Positions 50,751 through 63,745 of a DNA stretch of 64,000 bases are shown piece after piece. Within the stretch, counting starts at the first letter, position 1. Every line of letters starts with the position of its first letter. Position numbers and translations under genes: made by a program. The notes below the pieces were generated by a model, which saw only the letters and a program-made list of their open reading frames with translations, was not told the origin of the DNA and ran no database searches. The DNA comes from Felis catus (taxonomy: Eukaryota): assembly GCF_018350175.1 (NCBI RefSeq), contig NC_058368.1, positions 54,500,001-54,564,000 of the forward strand. The letters are read 5' to 3'.

Positions 50751-51134
50751 TTGAAAATTAAGTAATAAATCAAATGAGAATGTCAAAAATGCCCACTGTC
50801 TTCCTTTCTAGTCTTTCAGGAAGCATTTGTGTCAATATGTGCAAGGTAATATGTATTCTATCTACAAACTTTTTTTCCTTTACCAAACTCAAGAATGAAG
50901 TAATCATCAATTTCACTAGCACAAGATGAGAGTTAATTAATTTAAAAATATATGTATTAGATATTGCACTAAATTCAATTATAAGTTGAACTATAAGTCT
51001 GTAAGTGTCTGAACTCCAGAAGTGATTATACTAAATCCAGACAATGTATTTTAGATTTTGTAGCTTTGCTTGTATAGGTATTTATTCTTATTCCACTTTT
51101 ATATTTCCTTAATACTGTGAGATATAATGATTAT

Positions 51135-51334
51135 TTTTTACGCTTAGTAGTTTATTTTGAGAGCAAGGGGGAGCACAAGCAGGGGAGGGGCAGAGGGAGA
51201 GGGAAAGAGAATCCCAAGCAGACTCCTTGCTGCATGGAGCCCAAGGTGGGGCTTGATTTCACTAACTGGGAAATGGTGACCTGAGCTGAAATTGAGAGTT
51301 GGATGCTTAACTGACTGAGCCACCCAGGCACCCC
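51135..51334 (-). mobile_element. Can-SINE
   Basis: Ends 'gagccacccaggcacccc'; TSD agatata(a/g)tgatta. Confidence 0.94.
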
Positions 51335-51371
51335 TAAGATATAGTGATTAATTATTGAAATGCAAGCATAT

Positions 51372-51769
51372 TTTGTTGCAGATTGGAAAGCCTGGAAAGC
51401 ATGCTCTGAGTCAGAGATTATCCTGCAGGAAGGAAGTTTATGAGGGAGTGCTTTTGGTATCAACACCTGTGGAGACAGTTGGTGAGGGAGAATTTGACTC
51501 TGATGCAGCCACAGCAAAGATCTCAGTCTACCTCAAGAGGGTCACTGAAGCCATTTGGCTCTTCAGATGTGGCAGGGAAGGTGGACTTTTATACTATACG
51601 AAGCAGTCATTAGATACAGGCTGCCCCTAGAAAAAGGCATGGCTGTGGATGAGGCAGCAATCTGTAGGAGAGAAAAATTTCCAAGAGGACTGAGAATTGA
51701 GGGTCAGAGGTACTCACCAACCTGGAACAGTAAGGCTAGGTTTCTCATTATTTGAAGGTGAGAGCTACA
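51372..51769 (-). mobile_element. ERVL solo LTR (LTR33-like)
   Basis: 'ctctgagtcagagattatcctgcagga..gtttatgagggagtgcttttggtatcaacacctgtg..agggagaatttgactctgatgcagcc..cagtcattagatacaggctgcccc..tgaggcagc..ctaca' is collinear with a recalled ERVL LTR33-type consensus in reverse. Subfamily not certain. Confidence 0.7.
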
Positions 51770-51879
51770 AATAGGTAAAGGGTCAAATCTAGAACAAATT
51801 AATAAATGTGATGGGAAATGCCTTCCTAAAAGAATAGAAAAGAAAAGAACAGAAAAGAAAAGAAAGGGGCGGAGAAAGA

Positions 51880-52570
51880 AATGCTTTCCTTAAAATAAAT
51901 GTCAACTAACAAATTTAGAAAGGATGATATTGGAAAATCAACATGTGGCAACCATCATATTAATAACTGATTCAAATAACAACCATCAAGGGACTCTAAA
52001 ACTAGGGAATATGGTTTTCATAAGAACTGCATTATTTACATAGCCTCAAATTAGATCTTCCAAAATACTTAAAAATTACAAAGATGTAAAGAGTTAATTC
52101 CCACTGGAGAAGACTGGCACCATTATTCAAGTGATAAGAAATAAAATAACTTTGATGGGCAATTGATAGCATGTACTGCCTCACAGGAGTAAGAATATGG
52201 CATAACTTCTATAAAATTTCTACCAGAAAACGCATAACCTGAAATTATACTTGAGGAAACATCAGATTAATCCAAATTGAGAGAAATTCTACAAAGTAAT
52301 AGGCCTGTAATTTTCAAAGTTATTAAATTTATGAAGATCAAGGAAGGTCAGAACCATCCCAAATGAGGGATACTGAACAGAAATGACAGCTAAGTGCAAT
52401 AATTGAGAATTGGATCCTTTTGCTATAAAATACATAATTGGAAAATTGGTAAAATTTCAGTGAGTCCTCCTGGTGAGGAATATATGAGAATTCTTTGTAC
52501 TACTCTTGCACTTTGTCAGTAAGTTTGAAATATGTCAAATAAAACATAAAAATTTAAATAAAAGAAAAAA
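51880..52570 (+). mobile_element. L1MC-like 3' UTR end
   Basis: 'gcataacctgaaattatacttgaggaaacatcagattaatccaaattgagagaaattctacaaagtaataggcctgtaattttcaaa' and the terminal 'gaattctttgtactactcttgca..taagtttgaaa' plus an A tail. Confidence 0.85.
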
Positions 52571-53354
52571 AATACAGATTTAGTGTTTTGAGTTCCTAGT
52601 ATAAAATAAATGATAATTACAAAACAAACCAAAAATACTTTTGACTTGCAAAATTCTTTGAAAATTGTTGATTACTTGCAGTTTACCACATCAATGGAGT
52701 CCAGTCTCGTTTATGCCTGATTCTAAAAGGAAATAATTCATAATTCATAAGAAGCAGATAAGCACTTTCGATTCCATTTTCAGATTCATTCTGCTTTCTT
52801 TCCCAATCCCATGGTGTCTTAAAATACAAAATGTATATGGAGAAAGGTTTTGTTGCTAACTTGTTCATAGAGCGTTATTTCCTTTGATATTTTATGACCT
52901 ACTACATTGTTAATATAATCAGCACAGAGCTTTCAGTATTTGATGTTATTTAAAAATTTATATAAGTTGAAATAGCTTCCTATTAGAATAATGCAGGAAA
53001 TAGGAGGCATTATAAAGCAAATGGTTGAAGCACCAGAGAAATAAGGAATACAAAGCAAAACAAGAAAGCCACTATGTAAGTATATGAACATATTAAGTAT
53101 ATTCATAACCACCCAACCTATGGGGGGAAATATCATCTTTAACAGAAAGTGAGAGAAGTTAGAAAATAATATTTTTTGCTAAGTATAATTTTATTAGTGT
53201 ACTAACCTTCATATTGTTACTATGAGTCCTTCCTAGCACTAGGCTTTTGCAAAAACAAAAATATTCTTCAACTGTTAGTAAAATTGGGTAGAATCAAAAC
53301 AATTTATTCATAACCTTCACTTGTATCGCCCTTTGATGAGATTCCTTACAAGGT

Positions 53355-53500
53355 TTTGATTGAGCATATTGCATGCATTATTACACTTAATTCTCAAACA
53401 TTTTAGAGAGTATGTACCTTATTACCTCTATTTTATTGAGGATTAGAGATAATAGTAGTTATGTAGTCTGATCAAGGCCACACAGTAGTAGAGTAAATAA
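53355..53500 (-). mobile_element. MIR fragment
   Basis: 'gcatgcattattacacttaattctcaaaca..ttattacctctatttt..tatgtagtctgatcaaggccacacagtagta'. Confidence 0.6.
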
Positions 53501-54670
53501 CTGCACATGGGCAGAATTATTTCTGAAGAGTTTTCTTAACTCCTCATGGGGAAATATATGTTTACGCTAATTTGAAATTTAAAAAAATGATTTCACATTT
53601 TTCCTACTTTTGCATGAATTTTTGTGAGTTTTTGTTTCATTATCTCAATATTCTATATTTTCTCAAACATTATAAATATGCATTATACTCCTAGTACAAA
53701 TAATAATTTCAAGAAATAAAAGGTGATACAATTTGAATAAGATAGAAATTTATTGACAGCATAGTAAATATGGGAATCTTACAAAGTTAGATATATAAAT
53801 ATTTTAATATATTATATATATACTGTTATATCATGTTATTTAAAATGTATAATATTTTATATATCATTATATATACACATTATGTGCTGTCTGATTTTAT
53901 ATGATATTTGTATATACTATACAGATAGGTAGATATTTTAATATATAGAACTAGGTATGTTCTGGTACATGTGCATGCTTTTTAAGATAACTATAGCATC
54001 AACAGTTCTCCTACACAAATTTAGAGTGATGGAGTTATGGAGAGAATTAAAGTGCATAGAGCAGAAACTAGGTCACCACTTTGTGACTTATCAAGGTTTG
54101 GTGGTAGAGTTTTGTTCTCTCTCTAATGGATAATATAATAAACATGTTTCTAGAGGGAATTTAACATTTAATGATGGGGAGTTTGTTCTTTTCCTAAGTA
54201 AATTGAGAACCTCTCAGCCCTCCTTCAGATTCATAACTACCATTCTATATGTGGTGTCCTACAATTCAATAGACATTTGCTAGAGAGAATGCAGTCACAT
54301 ACACTTTCCCACTTAGAGTCAATCTATTGAAATAAGGTAGAGGTATGAGGCAGGTAAATTCTAATCATAATTTCATAAGACTTAAGTCTTATTTCAAGTT
54401 CAAAAAATACAAGGAACTATGCAAAAATCCGGTCATCCTCTTATAGTTAGGTCTGTTGATTCCTGAAAAACGATTGTGGCTAAGCTTCATAAAGTAAAGC
54501 GGACATTGAACACTAGCAGAGAAAAAAATTACTCTTTGTGTGTATCATCTTCACTGAACTGAATTCTCATTTCTCCATATTGTCTACAAACAGTGTTCAT
54601 TTAATGTTGGAATTCCCAAGATGAATTTACCAGACACTGTGGAATCCTACTGCTTAAACATCCACCTAAG

Positions 54671-54682
54671 CAGCTGACGTCA
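54671..54682. promoter_or_regulatory. Overlapping E-box CAGCTG and full CRE TGACGTCA (candidate enhancer core)
   Basis: 'cagctgacgtca' read directly, in apparently unique sequence with several retained CpGs nearby. Motif evidence only. Confidence 0.35.
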
Positions 54683-57197
54683 CCTTTCGCGGTCTATGGA
54701 AGATGAACTGCATTTGTGAAAGAGCTGTTCTTCAGTACTGAAAAGAGACTGAGGAATCAATTGTGAATGGACTTGGGCAGCTTTGTTTGTTCAGTTTATA
54801 AACAGTTTGAAAGTTCTGAAACTTGCCCGGAACACTTTGGCTTAGAGACAGCTGTGTAAGATTCGTAAAAACAAGCTTCGTTTTCACATTGTCCCTCACT
54901 ATTTTATTGCACTATAACAAATATTTTCCGTTTGATAGTTAAAAATATTTGTTTGGCTGTGTCATACAGATATGCCACAAAATAACTCCATTTGACTTCA
55001 GTGATCAAAAAATCATTCATATGATATAAAATGTTTTCCTAATTAGTATAAAAAGTATCAAAGAACAAAACCATTTATGTTCATTTGTCAGTACCTTTTT
55101 ATTTTATTTTATTTGTTTAGGATTTACTTTCTAGAACAGTTTTAGAGTTACAGAAAAATTGAGAAGATAGTATAGAGAATCCCCATGCAATCCCCTGTTA
55201 TTACAAGAAGACTCCTGCACAGTTTCCCATATTATTAACATTGCACATTAGTATGGTAAACTTGCCACAACTAATAAACCAATATTGATTCCTTACTACT
55301 AATTAAAGTCCACAGTTCTTCCAGTTTCCTTAGTTTTTGCCTCATGCCTCTTTATGTTCCAGGACCCTGTCCAAGATATATTACATTCAGTCTTCATGTG
55401 TTCTTAGGCTTCTTTTGGTTGTGTTGCTTTGTCAGACTTCCCTTGTTTCTGACAACTAGGAGAATCTTGAGGAGTACTGCTCTACTATTTTGTAAAATGT
55501 CCCTCAAATAGAATTGTCTGATATTTCTCTCATTATTAGACCGGATGTATGGATTTTAGGGATGAAAAAGCACTGAGGAATTACCATTTTCAACACATTA
55601 TGCCAAGAAACATAGTACCACTACTTTATCAAATGTTAATATTCACTTTGATCACTTGGCCAAGGTAGTGTCTGTCAAGTTCCTCCACAAGATTATTCTC
55701 GCTTTTTTCCATTTCCAAATTGAAATCTTTAGAAGGAAGTCACTACCTACAGCTTACCCTTAAGGAGTGGGGATTTACTCCTGGAGGACAGAATACTTCC
55801 ATGATTTATTAGGACTTTTTCTGTAAGGGAGATCTGTCTCTTCTCTACCATTTATTTATTTATTCAATAATGTCTTTATATCAGTGTGAACTCATGAATG
55901 TCTATTTACTACATTTGGTTTCAGTCTAATGTTTTTGGTGTTTTGTTTTCTCAAAGTTTTTGTTGCTCAAATTCTACCCGCTTTGGACATTTGGAGCTCT
56001 TCCCGTTGGCTCCAATGTCCTTATGCCAGGTCCCCAACAATACAGAGGTGGGCTTTGTTGCTATCGTAGCACTGACTTCCTTCCTTTTATTACAAAAAGA
56101 TCCAGATTCATCTTGAATCTTTTTGCCCCACCTTAGAATCATTTATTTCTTCAAAGAGCCCTGGAGTCTTTTATTGAGAATGTGTAAGAAATCAAGATCT
56201 GGGGGCTAGGTGTGTTTGTTGCTAAAGGACTGAAATTGCTTCTAGGCCCTTTTAGCTGATAGAGAAAATAAATTTGTCTCTATAAAAACCTGTATATATA
56301 CACATATATAGAGATATTTCTATACATAGCCATCTCTACGCATATTGAACTACACATGAATTCATACTATGTCTCCAACTTTAAAACATTGCCACATGGA
56401 TCATTTTAGCATCCTTGCCTTGATTTGCTGTGAATTCTCACTAAAATGCTAAGAAATCTGGATCCCGCTTTTTGCTATCTGTTTACTTAATTATTTAGTT
56501 CCAGTCTTCATGTATAACAGTAGCAGAAGAGAAACAACTTTATCAGCTAGAGTACAGTGAAAATGTCTTGTTTGCCTCTAGTCTTAGAGGCTTCACTCAT
56601 TTCCAAAGCTACTTAGGTCATCACCTTTGCCCACACTTCCACCTACATTCAGTGATTTTGTTTCAAGTATTTGTAATAACATTAGATTCTCTTATCAAAG
56701 TCTGGGTTCCTTCCATGAATTTCCCCAACCTCCTAAACAGTTTTTTATTTGCATACATTAAGGTTGACTTTTGTGCATGAAATTATATGGGTTTTGACAT
56801 ATGCTCAGTAACATATTTCCATGACAGGATTACACAGAATGGTGTCACCCATAAACAAACAAAAAACAAAATAAACAAAATACACAAATACTGTATTCTA
56901 ATTTCACCCTCTCTGCCTCCCCCTAGAATTTCTGATCTTTTGTCTTTTCTAGAATGTTATATAGTTGGAATCAAACAATATGTAGCCTTTTCTGACTGGA
57001 TTCATTCACTTAGCATTATGTCTTTTAGTTACTTCTATATTTTCATAGCTTAACGAAGCACTTATTTTATCACTGAATATGATTCCATTGTATGGTTCTA
57101 CCACAGACTATTTATCCATTCGTCTAGTGAAGGGCATACTGGTTGCTTGCAGTTTTTAGCAGTTGTGAATAAAACTGCTACCGATATTTACATGCCA

Positions 57198-57198
<1 letters not shown>

Positions 57199-57233
<35 letters not shown>
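57199..57233 (+). repeat. (TG)n(CG)n microsatellite
   Basis: Read directly. Confidence 0.93.
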
Positions 57234-57235
<2 letters not shown>

Positions 57236-57464
57236 CTAAGTTTTCAAATAAGTTGCGTAAATATCTGGGAGTGTGACTGATACATCATAGGACAAGATGT
57301 TCATTTTTTAAGAAATGGACAAACTATGATCATCTTCTAAATCATAGGAGAGTCTGTCACCAAAAATTATGATAACAATAGGTTTTTTGTAGATGTACTT
57401 TATCAAATTGAAGATATCCCCTATTCCTAGTTTGTTGAATTTTTAAAAAAAAATCATTAAGGCA

Positions 57465-57672
57465 GGGGCACTTGGGTGGCTCAGTTGGTTAAGCGTCCAA
57501 CACTTGGTTTCAGCTCAGGTCATGATCTCACTGTTCAGGAGATTCAGCCCCGTGTCTGGCTCTGTGCTCACGGCTCAGGGCCTGCTTGGGATTCTTTCTC
57601 TCTCTGCCTTTCCCTGACTTGCACCCTTTCTCTCCAACTAACTGACTAACTAACTAAATAAACAAACCTTTT
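57465..57672 (+). mobile_element. Can-SINE nested in L1
   Basis: Head 'ggggcacttgggtggctcagttggttaagcgtcc'; TSD core aaaaatcattaa on both sides. Confidence 0.95.
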
Positions 57673-60600
57673 AAAAAATCATTAATGGGTATTGGATTAT
57701 GTCAAATATTTTTTTCTTCATCTATTGACATGATCATATGATGTTTCTTCCTTGTTTTTTTTTTTTTTTTTTTTTTTTTTGATGTAGAGGATTATATTAA
57801 CTGAATTTCTGATGTTGAACCAGTCTTTCCTACCTGGTTGCAGTGTGTGATTCTTCTTACACATTGTTGGAATCAATTAGTTAATACTTAGTTGAGGATT
57901 TTTGCATCTTTAGAGAGACTGATCTTAGTTTTCCTTTCTTATAATGATTTTATCTTTTTTTTTTTTGTATTAGAGTAATGACTTAAATTATGACTCCTCC
58001 CACCCAGAAGCTACCTTCCTTGAGAGGAAAACCAATCACCCCAGGAAGAAGAAGACAAATGACTTTTTGCCCACTGGATAATTTTTATTGTTTTGATTTA
58101 GTCCTTATCTTTTTACTAACAATCAATCCAGCAACCTTATTAAGACAGGCAAGATAAAATGTTAAATTTGACTCCTTGACTTGACTCTTTCTTATCAAGA
58201 GGTTTATCACCTTATTATATCACAGTTAGGTGTTGTTTGTTATTTATTGTTATTAATTATTATTATTATTGATATGCTTTATATGAAATGTTTCACAAAA
58301 TAGGAGGAAAGGTAAATTTGATTTATGTGTGTTTCTTTCAACTTGTCTATGTTCCCGAGGGACTTAATCAGCATTCGTGTTCTATAAACCAATAAGACAC
58401 TTATTAACACGTAATCGGAGACAACATGATCTATCAAAAATACACTTTCTCACTGTACCACACACTTCTCATCTTAAAGAATATACTCTTTAGTGGTACA
58501 CTGAAACGTTGCTTTTTTCAAAAAAAAATTGTTTGCCACTAGTATGCTTAATATTCCATTTTAGAGGTCACAGCCTGTTTTAATAATGAATACAGCACAC
58601 TAGCATGTAACAAACATTAAAAGTGTCTTAAGGCTTTAAACGGAGCAACTTTACTCCAGAAAATTTACTTTTGCTCCCAGCACTGAGATGAAGAGAAAGG
58701 TCAAGTAGCAAGCACAGTTATTTCTGGTCAATAACAGTAAAGACATCTGGAGAATTGTATTAGCATAATTTCTTTAAAAATGCTTCTCTGACTTACTTTC
58801 ACGCAGTAATTTTCATTTTTCACTGTGGAAAACTGAAAGATTTTTCCATATTAATTACATTTTAACAATTTTTTCAAAAGCACTGATGTTTCTTTCACTG
58901 TTCCTAGTTTTAAAAGTACATTGGAAGTTACCATTTGTCAATGAATGATTCTTTTAATTTGATCTCTATGCTTGTCTGTATCATTAACAAGAAACCTTTT
59001 CCATACTCTTAAAAACAAACGAATTTGTGCTTTTACACCAATTCTCCCAACTGTTTTGTTTTTTAAATTAGATTTTAAATATCCTCAGAGTCCAGAAGGG
59101 GGACAGTCAAAATAACAAAGAACATTTCACTGAATGTTGCTGAATATTTGTATAGTTGGATTAGGTCAGAAGAAAGGAGCATTTTTAAAGTATTTGTATT
59201 TTGCTTAAAAACATAGTCATTTGTAATTTCTGATGACTCTTGAGAAGTGGGTCAGATAGAGTATCTTTGGTACTGATTTGCTAATCTTGTATGCAATAAA
59301 CTAATTACCCTGCAGGACTGAGGGCATTCAGTGCTGGGACCTTTCCCAGGCTCTGAGCCTCACTCTTTCAATGTGTTCTGCCAGTCTATCAGCCATTAGC
59401 AGTGTCTTAAACAACTGCCAGCAACTGCAAACATCCGGCCTCTAGTGAGAGGTATAAAGGGCCAATTGATAGGAAAAAACTTCAAGATGCCTAGAATTGC
59501 CAGAACAATGGCAATTTCATTCTTTGAGTTTAGGAAGATTTAATAGAGAACATAAAGGAAGAAAAAAAAATAAATGTGGCCCTTATGTAATATTCCATGT
59601 CAGTTTGATATCATTGCACAGATCATTTTTAATGTGCCCCCCCCTTTTTTTTAAATGACAGGGCAATAGCAACTTCACTCTTCGAGTTAAAAAAATAATG
59701 TAAACCACAAGTATGAAAAAATTTTAAAAAATGCATTGTCGAATTTATTGATCATTCCCTTTCGGTCTGACACAATTACACAGATATTTGAAAGGTGACT
59801 TTCTAAATTTATAATTACTTCCTTATTCATCTGCCATTGAAGAAAATCTTGAAAAATCTGACATGTTGATTAATAAGTAACAAGTAGACTTTAAAGAAGA
59901 CTGGAGATTTTTAGGTTTGTTTGATTTTTCCTGGTTAGAGAGTAGCTAAAGGGTTAGGCAGCTTCACAGTCAATCAGGTGACTTAATGGATAAGTGTATT
60001 TGTTTTTCACAACTATGGGTTAATGTCCTTTTTATAAATTACCTACTTGTTCTCCCACTGCTTCCTAATCAGTTACCGACTTCTACTATCCCTTGATGAA
60101 TCTCCTTCTATCACTACTTCTATCAATCCCTAATTAAAAATAATAAGGGAAGATAAATAATTTTTTGATTATATCATAATCTTTGATAACATATCAAATA
60201 ATATAGTGGGACACATTAGAATTCTTATAAACTATAAAAATATTAGAAAGGAACACTTTATTTGCTAAAATGAATATAGCTTTCAAAATGTACATTTTTA
60301 AAGTTAATACTCTTTTTCTATTAAGCAAATGAAAGAATGAATTTCAGTTTACATTGCTGTCTTAATCTAGCTGTTATTTAAGTAAATACCATATTACTCA
60401 ACAATGAAATGCAATACGTAACTATAAAGTTGCTGAAAATTGCTCTTAGAGTTTGTGTCCCATTTAGGGGAAGTCTAACCTAACACTGGTATGTTAACAT
60501 ATGGGATGCTCAGCCCCTTGGATATGCATGTGAAAATTGAAAAAAACTACACTCATCAGAAAAAGTGTCTTGCTAACAATTAACTTCTAGTTATTTGAAG

Positions 60601-61477
60601 TGAAATGTTGGTTTAAATGGTATGCTTCTTTTTCAAGCAGGTCCTGAGTTTAATCTTCTTGCTACATTGTTAACAAGTATAAGCAGACCAAAAAACGCCA
60701 AAACAAAACAGAAAAAGCCACAGGAATGCTGTAATCATTACATTTCTTTAGGTATACATCTAGCACTTAGTCTGAGATTCTACTGGACTGTTCTGAGATT
60801 TTGTTTGTTTAATTTAATGAAGATAGAGAATAAACTGAACAATTACCAAGATGTTTTCAAACATAATACTTTTTCAAAATAGTAACTCCAAAAGGCAGAT
60901 ATGCAATAATTGCTAAAGAGATAAGGTCTATCATTAGACTAAATGACAATCTGTCTTTCTCAAATCAAGATAGTTAGAAAATAGGAGGAAAACTTGGAAG
61001 AGTGGAACGTGGAAATAGAACAAAGGAACATGGGGAACATGTTGATAGAAGTTATCTCTCAAAGCATTTTGAGTCCTTACTGTTCAGGACTTTGGAAATT
61101 TTGGTGTGTGTGTTGGGGGTACTTTATGTAAGAATTCCACTATGATAGGAGTTGACTACAATTCAAATTTAGAGAAATGTGATTGTATCTTTTTATTTTA
61201 TCCAAAGAACATATCAAATATTCTGTACTCCAAATTATCTATAAAGAATATCCTCTTAATGAGTGCCCCATAAATCTTCTTTCACAAAGGAAACCAAGAG
61301 TGTCTCTTGCTAATTCTATTTCCTTCTCTATATAGCTCCACATGACAACAATGTCTCCTACTGTTCATAAATGGAAGTTGTCTATGTTCATTTTAAACAA
61401 GCAGCAGAAAATGTGCTCGTTTCAACAAGCAAATCATCTCATATCTTGAATTTTTATATTTGGTTAATGTCTAGATA

Positions 61478-61590
61478 AAGGGTCAGCAAAATATGGCTCA
61501 TGGACCATATTTAATCTGCCATCTTTTTTTATGATATGTAAGTTAAAAATGTTTTTCCCCCACTTTTAAATAAGTAAAAAACAAAAAACA
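61478..61590 (+). mobile_element. MER58B-like hAT MITE, 5' part
   Basis: 'agggtcagcaaaatatggctcatggaccatatttaatctgcca..agttaaaaatgttttt..acttttaaa' resembles the MER58 left end. Confidence 0.6.
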
Positions 61591-61619
61591 AAAAAGAGCA
61601 CTTGAATATTTAGATGTAA

Positions 61620-62200
61620 ATCTAATAAAACCTATGTTAAAACTACAAAATGCTGATAAAAGAAATCAGACAAGATCCAAACAAATGGAGAGACATATTG
61701 TATTCATGGAGTGGAAGACTCAAGAGAGAAAAGATATCAATGCTCTCCCAAATTGATATTTATATAGGTTGAAGATGATTCTTATCGAAACCAGCAAGGC
61801 TTTTTTTTTCCAGACAAGATTATTCTAAAATAAATATGGAGATGCAAAGGAACCAGAATAGTTAAAACAACTTTGAAAATAGAAAATAGAGCGAGAGAAC
61901 TCTGTTACTTAATTTCAAGACATTAAATATCAAAAGAAATCAAGTATATATAGTATTGGTGGAGGGACAGAAATATAGATCAATAGAATAGAAGAGAGAA
62001 TCTAGAAATACCCATGCAAATATGCCCAACTAATTTTGACAAAAGTTCAAAATCAACTGGATGGAGGCAAAATGGCCTTAGGCAAGATGTATTGGAGCCA
62101 CTGGACAATCTAAACCTAAATAAACGTAAACGTAAACCTAAACCTAAACCTAAACCAGATACCTTATTTGGTTAAATATCATATTCTTAGAGGACAGTTA
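61620..62200 (+). mobile_element. Old L1 ORF2 fragment (post-RT region)
   Basis: 'aactacaaaatgctgataaaagaaatcagacaagatccaaacaaatggagagacatattgtattcatggagtggaagactcaa' translates to NYKMLIKEIRQDPNKWRDILYSWSGRL (cf. [27 protein letters not shown]). Confidence 0.88.
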
Positions 62201-63179
62201 ATACAAGCTTCAGTGAAAGATAGTTACCATGTAAGACTTAAGCTTCCTTAGATTGACACTGTATAAGATCATTTTAATATTTTTGAAGCGGTGCGTAGTG
62301 TAATTACTAAAAAGTTGTAATATTACCAACTCTTCCCCAGGTTTTTCCAGATATGTGAAGAGTTCCAGATCTCTGCTGGATGCAATTGATTTCATTTTAC
62401 CTAATGAGTTCAGACTCATAAGTCATCAAGAAAACTGCAGGCCATTGCCAATGGCTGTTTATAGTGCACTGTGTCTTTAAAAACCTATTCTATGGAATTT
62501 CACAACATTGGAAATAGAATAAGCAGGAAAATATTTATATTACTTTTGTTGCTCTCCCTTATTTTTTCCTTAACAGCTAAAAATAACAGCTCAGATTCCC
62601 AGTGGTTGGCTATTTCTTTATTGCTTTTGTTTAGCCTGAATAAACTGTAATAACTTCAACTATCCAAGGAAAATATATTTTAACTGTAATGTATAAATTT
62701 ATCATTTTTTAAGAATGTGATATTCATTGCAGGTAATAAAAGGTTAAAATAATAGTAAAATTTGTGTATAGTAATTACCTATTTATTGGAAAATTAAGAG
62801 TGATTACTAGTAATATGAACCTCTGCCACATTTACTTATGTTTAACAGAGAGTTCAAATTTCTTAACGCTCTCTTAGTTCAGTTTTAGTGATTTTATTAT
62901 CTTGTAAAACAGTGATGAGGCTCAAATTTTAAACTAACTTGACTAGCACTGTAATTAATATTGCTTTGTATTTATTTTTTCAGAATTTATAGTTATATAC
63001 CTTTTACATATAAATGTTTTGTTTTCTTTTTTTTCTAATTTGACCAACTTCTTTTTTTTCTTTTGCAAAAAAAAAAAAAAACAACTGTTATTGCATTTAT
63101 GATTTTTACTTTTCCATTATTTTTTTTTCATTAATGTTTATTTGGTCCTTATGCTATCACCATTAGGATTGCTTTTTTG

Positions 63180-63368
63180 GGGGGCACCTGGGTGGCTCAG
63201 TCAGTTGAGCATCTGACTTCGGCTCAGGTCATGATCTCGAGGTTCATGGGTTCAAGCCCTGCATCAGGCTTGCTGCTGTCAACACAGAGCCCACTTCAGA
63301 TCCTCTGTCCCCTCTCTCTGTTCCTCCCCCACTTGCACTCTCTTAAAAATAAATAAACATTAAAAAAC
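63180..63368 (+). mobile_element. Can-SINE
   Basis: 15-bp TSD aggattgcttt(t/a)ttg at 63165-63179 and 63369-63383. Confidence 0.96.
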
Positions 63369-63538
63369 AGGATTGCTTTATTGTTCTTTTGTGTCATCCC
63401 TAATGAATACTTAGCTATATAATTTCAATGCATCTTGTTTACTCTGGGAGCATTTATGGCTTCGGGTAGAGATATGACAGCATTCTGATAGCCTTGCAAT
63501 ATATTATATAAATGTAAGATTGTTCTCTATTATATCTT

Positions 63539-63745
63539 TTTAAAAATTTTTTTAATGTTTATTTTTGAGAGACACAGAGCATGAGCGGGGGAGAGGCAGA
63601 GAGACACAGAGACACAGAATCCAAGCAGGCTGGAGGTTCTGAGCTGTCAACACAGAGCCTGACACGGGGCTCAAACTGACTGACCACGAGATCATGACCT
63701 GAGCCGAAGTTGGACACTCAACCAAGTGAGCCACCCAGGCACCCC
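63539..63745 (-). mobile_element. Can-SINE
   Basis: Perfect TSD tctattatatctt at 63526-63538 and 63746-63758. Confidence 0.96.

Larger units (their letters stand above)
55095..57985 (-). mobile_element. Old L1 (L1MC/L1MD-like): 3' UTR, ORF2 end and a separate RT-region piece
   Basis: Antisense 3' end 'tagaacagttttagagttacagaaaaattgagaagatagtatagagaatcccc'; ORF2 end 'ggattcattcacttagcattatg..ttccattgtatgg..tttatccattc'; RT region 'atctattgacatgatcatatga..gttgaacca..gttgaggatttttgcatct'. Confidence 0.88.

Noticed and set aside
62110..62156. (TAAACC)n as an interstitial telomere
   Set aside because: The unit is not vertebrate TAACCC; it is a short degenerate microsatellite inside an L1 fragment.
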